From: Micromonosporaceae bacterium
GTDB taxonomy: Bacteria > Actinomycetota > Actinomycetes > Mycobacteriales > Micromonosporaceae
DNA: 64,000 nt
Assembly: GCA_009377645.1 (NCBI GenBank)
Contig: WHTQ01000003.1
Coordinates: forward strand, 21,528 to 85,527
Direction of reading: 5' to 3'
Part shown: positions 16,264 to 24,190 of the stretch, in pieces
Layout of the letters: every line of letters starts with the position of its first letter
How positions within the stretch are numbered: the stretch's first letter is position 1
Notes under the pieces: model-generated
Told to the model about the DNA's origin: nothing
The model's input: only the letters and a program-made list of their open reading frames with translations
Databases searched by the model: none
Made by a program: the position numbers and the translations under genes

Positions 16264-19200
16264 TCAGAAGTCCACCGGCGGGAGCTGCTGCCCGCCGGCC
16301 TCATCGCTGTTGGCCTGGCCCACGCCCAGCTTCTCCAGGATCTTCTTCTCGACCTCCGCGGCGACGTCCGGGTTGTCCCGCAGGAACGAGCGGACGTTCT
16401 CCTTGCCCTGCCCGAGCTGGTCCCCGTCGTAGGTGTACCAGGCGCCGGACTTGCGGACGATTCCCTGCTCGACCCCCACGTCGATGAGCGACCCCTCGCG
16501 CGAGATGCCCTTTCCGTAGAGAATGTCCATCTCGGCTTGCTTGAACGGGGCCGAAACCTTGTTCTTGACGACCTTCACCCTGGTCCGGTTGCCAACGACA
16601 TCCACCCCGTCCTTCAGGCCCTCGATCCGGCGGACATCCAGGCGGACCGACGAGTAGAACTTCAGCGCCCGCCCCCCACTGGTGGTCTCCGGGCTGTTAT
16701 GCACCATCACGCCGTCGACGAAGTAGCTGTGGTTGCCTTCGACCTCGATGTCGAACCGACGCATCGAGCGGGTCCTCGGCTTGACGTGGATGTCGAGAAT
16801 CTGTGCCGGCACTGGGCGCAGCTCCGTGTTCACGAACTCCGACTCCACGGCGCACCGGCCCCGGAACCCCGGCAGCAGCTTGTACTCCATGGCGGAGGGC
16901 ACATAGGGCGCCACGAGCTTCTGGAACCTGGTCGTAGCTGCGGTCGTGAACTGGAGGACCACCTTCTGCCTCTGCCCGCGCCGGGTCAGCTTGACATCGA
17001 GGTCGTGGGTGTCGCGCAGATACTGGACGAGGCGCTCGCGCGAGCCGGTGCTCATCGCTTCGACGCAGATATCGATCCGCCCGGTGCCGCCCCGGGTACG
17101 CTCCTGCACCCCCCTGGAGCGCACGGTGAAGCAGCCATCGTCCATATACCACACCGCGAGCGCCAGCGGCGTCAGTGCCTTGAGATAGTCCCAGCTGAGG
17201 TGCTTGCGCCCGTCGCCGAGGTAGACCGCCTGGCGCAGCTCGTTCAGCTCGGGCAGTGGCGTGAAGTCGGCGAAGGTCGCGCCCCTGGCGTTCGTGCTGA
17301 TGGTGTGGTCGATGTTTCCCAGCAGCGAGACTTTCCAGTCCAGATAGGGGACTTGCGCGGCACCGTGGCCCATCCGGAAGCGAACCCCGGACCGGCCATG
17401 GGGGTTGGGTGAGATGGCGCCGTCACCCATGAGCGAGCCGAGGATGACTTGCCACTGCTGGTCGCTGAGCCGTCGCGGCTCGGCCAGCATCACCCGATCG
17501 CCGGCGATCAGCTCCCCTGCCTCCCGCCAGCCTCCGGGCGTTCGGACGAGGTGGTTGGCGGTTGCGGCGAACTGTGCCCTGCCGTTGCCGCCGGCCTTCG
17601 CCACCGTGAACTGCAGGAACCGGTCGGCGTTGCCGTTGTCGAACCAGTTGACGATCGGCCGGGGCTCGATCCGGTCCGTCTCCGGGTTGTACGACAGGAC
17701 CTCGACCGCCATTCGCTGGTTGACGATCTTGCCAATCTTCTCCTGACTACCGTCTGCTAGTGTGACCCGCGTGCTGTAAGACATGCACCCGAACATCACA
17801 CCGATCTTCTCCCGGAGTTGGTTGATGAAGATCGCGGTGGTGCCTGAGTTGTTCAGGGCGCCGGTGATCTTCCGCAGCGCTTGGCTCATCAGCCGTGCCT
17901 GCAGGCCGACGTGGGCGTCCCCCATCTCGCCCTCGATCTCGGCGCGCGGCACCAGCGCGGCCACCGAGTCGATGACGATGACGTCCAGCGCACCGGACCG
18001 GACCAGCATGTCCGCGATCTCCAGCGCCTGCTCGCCGGTGTCCGGTTGCGAGACCAGCAGTGCGTCGGTGTCCACCCCGATCGCCTTCGCGTACTCCGGG
18101 TCCAGCGCGTGCTCGGCATCGATGAACGCCGCAATGCCGCCGCTCTTCTGAGCGCTGGCCACCGCGTGCAACGCCAGGGTGGTGTTGTGGGAGAGGATCC
18201 CGTTGGCCAGGAAGCTGTGGGTCTGCGGCACCATCACGTCGAAGGTGGGCTGCTTTCCCACGTCCTCGACGGCGACGACCTCTTCATACGTGTACTCCTG
18301 GGTGGCGAGTGACCGCAGGTGCATGAGGATGCACCGCCCAGAGACCGACAGCGCTCCTAGCCGCCTCTCCCCCCATTCCACGATCTTCGCGAGCCGGGCC
18401 CGGGAGCACGCCAGGTTGAGGTCGGAGCGGAAGAGGTCACCTGCGATCCGGTCGAACTCCCGATCTCCCCCGCAGTCGTCCCGCAGATCCCGGATCAGGT
18501 CCGCCAGGTGCGGGATGTTCTCGAACCGGGCATCGAACCGGCTGCGCCGGAAGTTTCGGTCGACCTGCGCCCGGCGGCGCGCCGACCGGAACCCGACCTC
18601 ATCCAGGAAGCGATGGGCGACGGCCTGGTTTATGGCGACGCTCCAGTAGTAGCGCTGGTAGTCCTCGTTCCACTTCGAAGCGACCGTTACCGGCAGGCCC
18701 AAGCCGTACAACATGAGCTGGACCTCGCGTGCAAGCTGCTCGGAGGCGGTGCCCAGACCGATCTTCGAGCTGGGGTCGATCCACCCGTCGCCCTCGAACA
18801 GTGCCGACAGGAACGCCCGCTGCGCCTTGTGCCCGGCCGTACGCACCCGATAGGGCACCGTCTTGCCGTGCGCGGTCACGTAGTCGAGCCCATACTCGGT
18901 CGCGAACCGCTCCCGGAGCCGCACGCTGTGAACGGCAAACTCCTTGTTGTCGTAGTTACGGACGTCCACCCCAAACAGCTGCTCCATCAAGCGGCAGTAC
19001 TCGCCGCTGACTTCCGGATCCCAGTTGGTGAAGCGGACGGCCGTCTTCGACGACAGCGAGCCCTCGGCGACGAGGTAACCCAGCAGCACCGCCTCGTCCT
19101 CGGAGAGGCCGTCGCCGGCCGCCGCTTCCACCGCACCGAACCGGGCGGAGACGACGAAGTCACCGGGTCGGATCTCACCCACCGTGCGCCAGGCGATGTG

Positions 19201-19692
19201 ACCGCGCTCGGTCATCACCCGCAGCGGGTGGTTGCTGGTCGCGGTGACCGTGCGTCCGGAGCGGAGCGTCAGCCTGGTCACGGGCTTGCGGTTGTTGTGG
19301 GTCAGCGCGGCGACCGGCTCCAGCTCTCCCCGCTCGTTCACCACCCGAACCCCGAGCTCAGAGACATCGGTGATCCGGCTGGTGCAACTCGCCGGCTGGC
19401 CGCACCGTGCGAACAGCTCCGCCACCGTCTCCAGACCACGATCTGTCCACAGATAGCTATCCGCTGTTAGGCACTTTCCCCCAGCCTCAGGTCCGTATAT
19501 CTCCACCACCCGGCCGCGCGGCAGGCCGCCCACCCCGAGGGCGATGTCGAGCGCGATCGAGCCGGTGGGGATCACCCGCATCTGCACCGCCGGCCGCTCG
19601 CCCAGCCGCATGATGGAGCCCTTGCCGTACTGCTTGTCGATCTGCGCCAGCGCGAGCTCTAGCGCCTTCTCCTTGTCGGGCACTGCTGCCAT
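16264..19692 (-). CDS. recA: RecA recombinase precursor interrupted by two inteins (spliced product ~348 aa from Met 19692, or 366 aa from GTG 19746)
   Basis: The exteins are colinear with RecA: [25 protein letters not shown]...GPEAGGK | [12 protein letters not shown]...[12 protein letters not shown] | [23 protein letters not shown].... The ATG at 19692 follows GGAGCAGGAGCGG and gives a canonical N-terminus. Confidence 0.95.
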   Translation of the reverse strand: MAAVPDKEKALELALAQIDKQYGKGSIMRLGERPAVQMRVIPTGSIALDIALGVGGLPRGRVVEIYGPEAGGKCLTADSYLWTDRGLETVAELFARCGQPASCTSRITDVSELGVRVVNERGELEPVAALTHNNRKPVTRLTLRSGRTVTATSNHPLRVMTERGHIAWRTVGEIRPGDFVVSARFGAVEAAAGDGLSEDEAVLLGYLVAEGSLSSKTAVRFTNWDPEVSGEYCRLMEQLFGVDVRNYDNKEFAVHSVRLRERFATEYGLDYVTAHGKTVPYRVRTAGHKAQRAFLSALFEGDGWIDPSSKIGLGTASEQLAREVQLMLYGLGLPVTVASKWNEDYQRYYWSVAINQAVAHRFLDEVGFRSARRRAQVDRNFRRSRFDARFENIPHLADLIRDLRDDCGGDREFDRIAGDLFRSDLNLACSRARLAKIVEWGERRLGALSVSGRCILMHLRSLATQEYTYEEVVAVEDVGKQPTFDVMVPQTHSFLANGILSHNTTLALHAVASAQKSGGIAAFIDAEHALDPEYAKAIGVDTDALLVSQPDTGEQALEIADMLVRSGALDVIVIDSVAALVPRAEIEGEMGDAHVGLQARLMSQALRKITGALNNSGTTAIFINQLREKIGVMFGCMSYSTRVTLADGSQEKIGKIVNQRMAVEVLSYNPETDRIEPRPIVNWFDNGNADRFLQFTVAKAGGNGRAQFAATANHLVRTPGGWREAGELIAGDRVMLAEPRRLSDQQWQVILGSLMGDGAISPNPHGRSGVRFRMGHGAAQVPYLDWKVSLLGNIDHTISTNARGATFADFTPLPELNELRQAVYLGDGRKHLSWDYLKALTPLALAVWYMDDGCFTVRSRGVQERTRGGTGRIDICVEAMSTGSRERLVQYLRDTHDLDVKLTRRGQRQKVVLQFTTAATTRFQKLVAPYVPSAMEYKLLPGFRGRCAVESEFVNTELRPVPAQILDIHVKPRTRSMRRFDIEVEGNHSYFVDGVMVHNSPETTSGGRALKFYSSVRLDVRRIEGLKDGVDVVGNRTRVKVVKNKVSAPFKQAEMDILYGKGISREGSLIDVGVEQGIVRKSGAWYTYDGDQLGQGKENVRSFLRDNPDVAAEVEKKILEKLGVGQANSDEAGGQQLPPVDF
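16696..17787 (-). mobile_element. Intein 2 (364 aa) with LAGLIDADG homing-endonuclease domain, at the GVMFG|SPETT (RecA-b type) site
   Basis: Cys1 ([14 protein letters not shown]), block [19 protein letters not shown] motifs [11 protein letters not shown] and [12 protein letters not shown]-terminal [10 protein letters not shown], and Ser at +1. As far as I remember it, it closely resembles the M. leprae RecA intein. Confidence 0.92.
18184..19473 (-). mobile_element. Intein 1 (430 aa) with LAGLIDADG homing-endonuclease domain, inserted in the RecA Walker A loop between Lys and Thr
   Basis: Cys1 (CLTADSYLW), block [19 protein letters not shown] motifs [11 protein letters not shown] and [13 protein letters not shown]-terminal [10 protein letters not shown], and Thr at +1. 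The codons were checked in the sequence (TGC at 19473..19471, AAC at 18186..18184). Confidence 0.9.
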
Positions 19693-19752
19693 GGTCGCCG
19701 CTCCTGCTCCTGCCGCACTCTTGGTCGTCGTCGGTTTCTTCGCCACGCGGAC

Positions 19753-19775
19753 ACGGTAGGCGCCCGGTCCGACAA
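19753..19775 (-). promoter_or_regulatory. Candidate RecA/LexA-independent DNA-damage promoter (RecA-NDp / PafBC-type) proximal to recA
   Basis: Minus strand TTGTCGGAC-N8-TACCGT fits tTGTCRgtg-N8-TAnnnT. Its position argues that the GTG at 19746 is not the start codon. Confidence 0.4.
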
Positions 19776-19828
19776 ACGACAGCCGGCGTGCCGCCGCCTG
19801 TGGATAAGCACCGCCCTGTGGACAATAG

Positions 19829-19844
19829 CCGAACGCGCGTACGA
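19829..19844 (-). promoter_or_regulatory. LexA (SOS) box upstream of recA, adjacent to a TATTGT -10 element
   Basis: Minus strand TCGTACGCGCGTTCGG, with TATTGT at 19827..19822. Compare the consensus TCGAAC-N4-GTTCGA. Confidence 0.6.
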
Positions 19845-19882
19845 GAAGGGGGCGACGCGCCGGAGACCTGAACCCGGCTCAG

Positions 19883-19960
19883 TGCCGCCGGTTCGCTCCA
19901 GCGCTCACTGCCGCCGGTTCGCTCCAGCGCTCACTGCCGCCGGTTCGCTCCAGCGCTCAC
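19883..19960. repeat. 26-bp perfect tandem repeat x3 spanning the DUF3046 stop codon, upstream of the recA promoters
   Basis: The unit TGCCGCCGGTTCGCTCCAGCGCTCAC starts at 19883, 19909 and 19935. A diverged partial copy follows inside the gene end. On the minus strand each unit starts with TGA. Confidence 0.95.
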
Positions 19961-20157
19961 TGCAGCCGGGCCGGCACCCGGTCCGGGTAGGCGGCGACCA
20001 CCGCCTGCCAGACCTTCCTGGTGGCTACCCCGGCGGCCAGCGCCTCGGTGATGGTCCGGCCGCCCAGCTGCGACAGGACCTGGTCCCGGGCCACGCTGGC
20101 GGCGTACCCCGGACCGAAGACCTGCTCCAGCCGGGCCCAGAAGTCGGTGCTCCTCAC
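19957..20157 (-). CDS. DUF3046 domain-containing protein (conserved recA-upstream gene, Rv2738c-like)
   Basis: 66 aa, TDFWARLEQVFGPGYAASVARDQVLSQLGGRT. The GTG start overlaps the MFS stop (GTGA). Confidence 0.8.
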   Translation of the reverse strand: MRSTDFWARLEQVFGPGYAASVARDQVLSQLGGRTITEALAAGVATRKVWQAVVAAYPDRVPARLQ

Positions 20158-21509
20158 GCGTACACCCTTTCACGCACCGGCCGGAGCGCCAGCGCCACCA
20201 GCGGCACGGTCGCGACCGCGGCCAGCAGGTTCAGCGTCGGGTAGCCGCTCCACGACACGACCAGCCCGGACACCGCCCCGGCCGACGCCCCGGCCAGGCC
20301 CATCACCAGGTCGGACAGGCCCTGCGCGGACGGGCGCACCGGCTCCGGCACCGACTCGCTCAGCAGCGTGGAGCCGGCCACCATGGTGGCCGACCAGCCC
20401 AGCCCGAGCAGGAACAGCCCGATCGAGAGCTGCCCCGAGTGGTGCCCGGCGGTGCCGGCGACCGCGCACGCCGCCAGCAGCAGCGCCACCCCTCCCAGGA
20501 TCACCGGACGCCGGCCGAGCCGGTCGGTGAGCCAGCCGGTGACCAGCGCGAACGCGAACATCCCGGCGATGTGGAGGCTGAGCACCACCCCCACGATCCG
20601 CAGGGTGTGCGCCGCGTCGTGCCCGGCACCGAGGATGTGCACTGGGGTCATCGCCATCACCCCGACCATCACCACGTGGCCGACCGCCATCGCGGCCACC
20701 CCGAGCCGGGCCGCCGGCCGGGCGGCCACCGCCGCCAGCCCCGCCCGCATCCCGAGCCGGCGCTGGTCGCCGGGCTCCGGTGCGCCCGCCCGCCCGCGCG
20801 CCACCAGCAGCGGGTCCGGCCGCAGCAGCAGCCCCAGCACCAGCGCCGCCGCCCCGAACAGCACGATCGAGAAAGCGAACGGCGCGGCCAGGGTCGGCAC
20901 GTCCCGGCCACCCAGCCGGATCCCGCCCAGCGCGGTGCCGGCCAGCGGCGCCAGGTTCGGCCCGGCGACCGCGCCGACCGTGGTCGCCCAGACCACCAGT
21001 GACAGGTGCTGTCCGCGCCGGGCCGCCGGGGCCAGGTCGACGGCGGCGTAGCGGGCCTGCATGTTGGCGGTGGTGCCGCCCCCGAACAGGAACAGCCCGG
21101 CGAACAGCAGCGGCACCGAGCCGAGCACCGCCGCGGCGACCACGCCGAGACCGCCCAGCGCGGCGGCCGCGTACGCGGCGAGCATGCCCGGCCGCCGCCC
21201 GTACTGCCGCATGATCCGCACCACCGGCACCGCCAGCAGCGCCGAGCCGACCACCGCCGCGCTCTGCGCCACTCCGGACAGGCTGACCCCGGCCATGTCG
21301 GCGGCCAGCAGTGCGCCCACCGCCAGCCCGATCGCCACCCCCACCCCGCCCACCACCTGGGTGGAGAACAGCAGCGCCAGGGTGCGCCGCTGCACCCTGG
21401 CCAGGTCGTACGCGGGCACGGTGGGCTCAGGCGGGGCGGGCGCCACGGTCGGCTCGACAGCCACCGGGCAGCTCCCTTCGATCCGGGGCACGGCAGTGCC
21501 TCCCATCAT
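20154..21509 (-). CDS. MFS transporter
   Basis: About 12 predicted TM helices and an MFS loop motif (DRLGRRP). The start was moved to the Met at 21509, because the ORF Met at 21614 would leave 5 bp to the divergent cellulase gene. Confidence 0.8.
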   Translation of the reverse strand: MMGGTAVPRIEGSCPVAVEPTVAPAPPEPTVPAYDLARVQRRTLALLFSTQVVGGVGVAIGLAVGALLAADMAGVSLSGVAQSAAVVGSALLAVPVVRIMRQYGRRPGMLAAYAAAALGGLGVVAAAVLGSVPLLFAGLFLFGGGTTANMQARYAAVDLAPAARRGQHLSLVVWATTVGAVAGPNLAPLAGTALGGIRLGGRDVPTLAAPFAFSIVLFGAAALVLGLLLRPDPLLVARGRAGAPEPGDQRRLGMRAGLAAVAARPAARLGVAAMAVGHVVMVGVMAMTPVHILGAGHDAAHTLRIVGVVLSLHIAGMFAFALVTGWLTDRLGRRPVILGGVALLLAACAVAGTAGHHSGQLSIGLFLLGLGWSATMVAGSTLLSESVPEPVRPSAQGLSDLVMGLAGASAGAVSGLVVSWSGYPTLNLLAAVATVPLVALALRPVRERVYA

Positions 21510-21619
21510 CGCCGATCGGGCCCGGTCCTGGCGATGTGATCTGACGCTCAGGAAGGGATTGACAAACTCCACCACCGGCGGCAGCAAGCACTCTCCCCCA
21601 CCCGAAGGAGCCACCCACC

Positions 21620-23233
21620 ATGTCCCCCACCCGATGGACCGCCGCCGGCGCGGCGCTGGCCGCCGGCCTGCTGGCGGCGGCCGCCAGCCTGACCGTCACC
21701 ACCCTGGCCGCGGCTCCGGCCAGCGCCCAGACCGCCGGTACGGGCACCGGCTACCTGCACACCGACGGCAACCGGATCGTCGACGTCACCGGCGCGACGG
21801 TGCGCCTGACCGGCCTCAACTGGTTCGGCATGGAGACCGACAACCACACCTTCCACGGCCTGTGGGCCAACCCGCCGGCCAGCTGGCGGGGGCAGGTCGA
21901 GCGAATGGCCGAGCTCGGCTTCAACACCATCCGGATCCCGTACACCGGCGACTCGCTGCGCCCGGACGCCGAGGCCACCAGCATCAACTCGTTCACCAAC
22001 CCGGATCTGGTCGGGCTGCACCCGCTGGAGATCCTGGACCGGGTGATCGGGCACGCCGGCAGCCTCGGGATGCGGGTGATCCTGGACCGGCACCGGCCGA
22101 CCGCGTCCGGCCAGAGCGCCCTGTGGTACACCCCGCAGGCCAGCGAGCAGAGCATGATCGACGACTGGCTGCTGCTGGCCCAGCGGTACGCGGGCAACCC
22201 GACCGTGGTCGGGGCGGACCTGTTCAACGAGCCGCACGCCGAGGGCACCCTGCCCAACGCCACCGGTGCCTGCTGGGGCTGCGGTGACCCGGCCCGGGAC
22301 TGGCGGCTGGCCGCCGAACGGATCGGCAACACGATCCAGGCCGTGCAGCCGGACTGGCTGATCATCGTGGAGGGAGTCAGCTGCCCCAGCGGCGGGCTGC
22401 CGAACCCGTCCGACGGTGACCCGGCCACCGACGACGACTGCACCTGGTGGGGCGGCAACCTGCTGGCCGCCGGCGCCTTCCCGGTCCGGCTGGACGTGCC
22501 GGACCGGCTGGTCTACTCGGCCCACGACTACGCGATCTCGGTCTTCGACCGGCAGCCGTGGTTCAACGACCCGAGCTTCCCGGCGAACCTACCGGGGGTG
22601 TGGGACCACTACTGGGGCTACCTGCACCACCAGCAGGTCGCGCCGGTGTTCGTGGGCGAGTTCGGCACCACCCTGCAGCACCCGTTGGACCAGCAGTGGC
22701 TGCCGGCGCTGATGAGCTACCTGAGCGGCAACCAGCTGTCGTTCACGTTCTGGTCCTGGAACCCGAACTCCGGTGACACCGGCGGGATCGTGCTGGACGA
22801 CTGGTGGACCGTCAACCAGCCCAAGTACGACATCCTGGCGCCGCACCTGGTACCGCCGACCGGCGGGGGCGGCCCAACCGACCCGCCGACCAGCCCGCCG
22901 CCCACCACGCCTCCGCCGGCCGGGGACTGCCAGGTCTCGTACGCGGTCACCAACAGCTGGCCCGGCAACTTCCAGGCCGACGTGACCGTCACCAACCCCG
23001 GCCCGGGCAGCCTCAGCGGCTGGGAGGTGAGCTGGACCTACGCCGGCAACCAGGCGCTGTTCCACTGGTGGGGCGCGCAGGTCGAACAGTCCGGGCCGCA
23101 GGTGAGCGCCGGCAACGTCGACTACAACGGCACCGTCGGCGCCGGGCAGAGCGTGACGTTCGGCACCCAGGGCACGGTCACCGGCGCCAACCCCGTACCG
23201 TCGCCGATCGCCTGCACCGCCACCACCGGATAG
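21620..23233 (+). CDS. Secreted endoglucanase, GH5 catalytic domain + Pro/Thr linker + CBM2
   Basis: Signal peptide ending APASAQT. GH5 acid/base LFNEPH and nucleophile VGEFG. Linker GGGGPTDPPTSPPPTTPPPAG. CBM2 CQVSYAVTNSWPGNFQADVTVTN...IACTAT. RBS GAAGGAG. Confidence 0.85.
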   Translation: MSPTRWTAAGAALAAGLLAAAASLTVTTLAAAPASAQTAGTGTGYLHTDGNRIVDVTGATVRLTGLNWFGMETDNHTFHGLWANPPASWRGQVERMAELGFNTIRIPYTGDSLRPDAEATSINSFTNPDLVGLHPLEILDRVIGHAGSLGMRVILDRHRPTASGQSALWYTPQASEQSMIDDWLLLAQRYAGNPTVVGADLFNEPHAEGTLPNATGACWGCGDPARDWRLAAERIGNTIQAVQPDWLIIVEGVSCPSGGLPNPSDGDPATDDDCTWWGGNLLAAGAFPVRLDVPDRLVYSAHDYAISVFDRQPWFNDPSFPANLPGVWDHYWGYLHHQQVAPVFVGEFGTTLQHPLDQQWLPALMSYLSGNQLSFTFWSWNPNSGDTGGIVLDDWWTVNQPKYDILAPHLVPPTGGGGPTDPPTSPPPTTPPPAGDCQVSYAVTNSWPGNFQADVTVTNPGPGSLSGWEVSWTYAGNQALFHWWGAQVEQSGPQVSAGNVDYNGTVGAGQSVTFGTQGTVTGANPVPSPIACTATTG

Positions 23234-23259
23234 AATCTGGAGCAGTTGCTCTAGATTCT
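23232..23259. promoter_or_regulatory. Candidate TetR operator: AT-rich 13-bp inverted repeat upstream of the SMR-TetR pair
   Basis: AGAATCTGGAGCA-GT-TGCTCTAGATTCT (one mismatch), 13 bp upstream of the SMR start. Confidence 0.45.
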
Positions 23260-23271
23260 GGGGAGGCTCCG

Positions 23272-23595
23272 ATGGCCTGGCTCCTGCTCGCCGCCGCGAT
23301 CGCCCTGGAGGTGCTCGCCACCACATTCCTGAAGTTCTCCGAGGGGTTCACCCGGCCGGCGCCGTCGGTCGTCGTGGTCGCCGGCTACGTCAGCGCCTTC
23401 TACCTGCTCTCCCGGGTGCTCGCCCGGGGAATGCCGATCGGCATCGCGTACGGCGTCTGGGCGGCGGTCGGGGTGGCGCTGGTGGCGATCGTCGGCGCGG
23501 TCTTCCTCCAGGAGGGAATGACCTGGCTGCAGGTCGGCGGGATCGGGCTGGTGATGGCCGGAGTGCTGGCGCTGGAGCTGGGCGGGCGGCACTGA
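23272..23595 (+). CDS. SMR family multidrug efflux protein (EmrE/QacE-like)
   Basis: 107 aa with four TM helices and the conserved membrane Glu (AIALEVLATTFLK). RBS GGGGAGG. Confidence 0.85.
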   Translation: MAWLLLAAAIALEVLATTFLKFSEGFTRPAPSVVVVAGYVSAFYLLSRVLARGMPIGIAYGVWAAVGVALVAIVGAVFLQEGMTWLQVGGIGLVMAGVLALELGGRH

Positions 23596-23596
23596 C

Positions 23597-24190
23597 ATGC
23601 CCATCGGGACGGCGCCGGAGCCGGTCCAGGACGGCCGGCGGCGCAAGGGCCTACGGCGCCGGCAGCAGCTGCTGGCGGCCACCATGCGGGTGATCGCGGC
23701 CGACGGCGTGGCCGCGGTATCCCAGCGAGCGGTCGCCCGGGCGGCCGGGCTGCCGCCGAGCGCGGTCACCTATTATTTCCCCACAGTGGACAGCTTGCTG
23801 GTGGCCACCCTGCGCGCCTGCAACGACAGCTACCTGCAGCGGCTGGCCGGGTTCGCCGACGACCACACCCGGGCGCTGGCCCAGCTGGCCGAGCTGATCG
23901 CCGGCAGCGCCGACCCGGACCGGGCCCGGGTGGCCGCCGAGTACGAGCTGTACCTACTGGCCGCCCGCCGGCCCGACCTGCGTGCCGAGCTGGACCGGTG
24001 GACCCGGGCGCTGGACGGTTTCGTGGCCCGGTTCGTCACCGACCCGGTGCGGCGGGCCGGGGTGACTGCCGCCGTCGACGGCCTGTTCCTGCGCTGCTTC
24101 TGCGCCGCCCGGCCGCCGGACGCCGCCGAGGTGCTCGGCATCCTCCGGGCCCTGACCGGGCTGGCCGTCGCCGATCGTGATCCTGGGTAG
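23597..24190 (+). CDS. TetR family transcriptional regulator
   Basis: HTH LLAATMRVIAADGVAAVSQRAVARAAGLPPSAVTYYF. It starts 1 nt after the SMR stop. Confidence 0.85.
   Translation: MPIGTAPEPVQDGRRRKGLRRRQQLLAATMRVIAADGVAAVSQRAVARAAGLPPSAVTYYFPTVDSLLVATLRACNDSYLQRLAGFADDHTRALAQLAELIAGSADPDRARVAAEYELYLLAARRPDLRAELDRWTRALDGFVARFVTDPVRRAGVTAAVDGLFLRCFCAARPPDAAEVLGILRALTGLAVADRDPG

Noticed and set aside
19883-19960. Whether the tandem repeats (here and at 15577..15630) could be a CRISPR array
   Set aside because: The units are directly abutting with no spacers, number only 2-3 copies, and no cas genes are present. They are tandem repeats, not CRISPR.
21510-21619. CebR-type operator (TGGGAGCGCTCCCA) or a clear promoter upstream of the GH5 cellulase
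   Set aside because: No such palindrome is present. A TTGACA hexamer exists near 21559, but no acceptable -10 follows at 16-18 nt.
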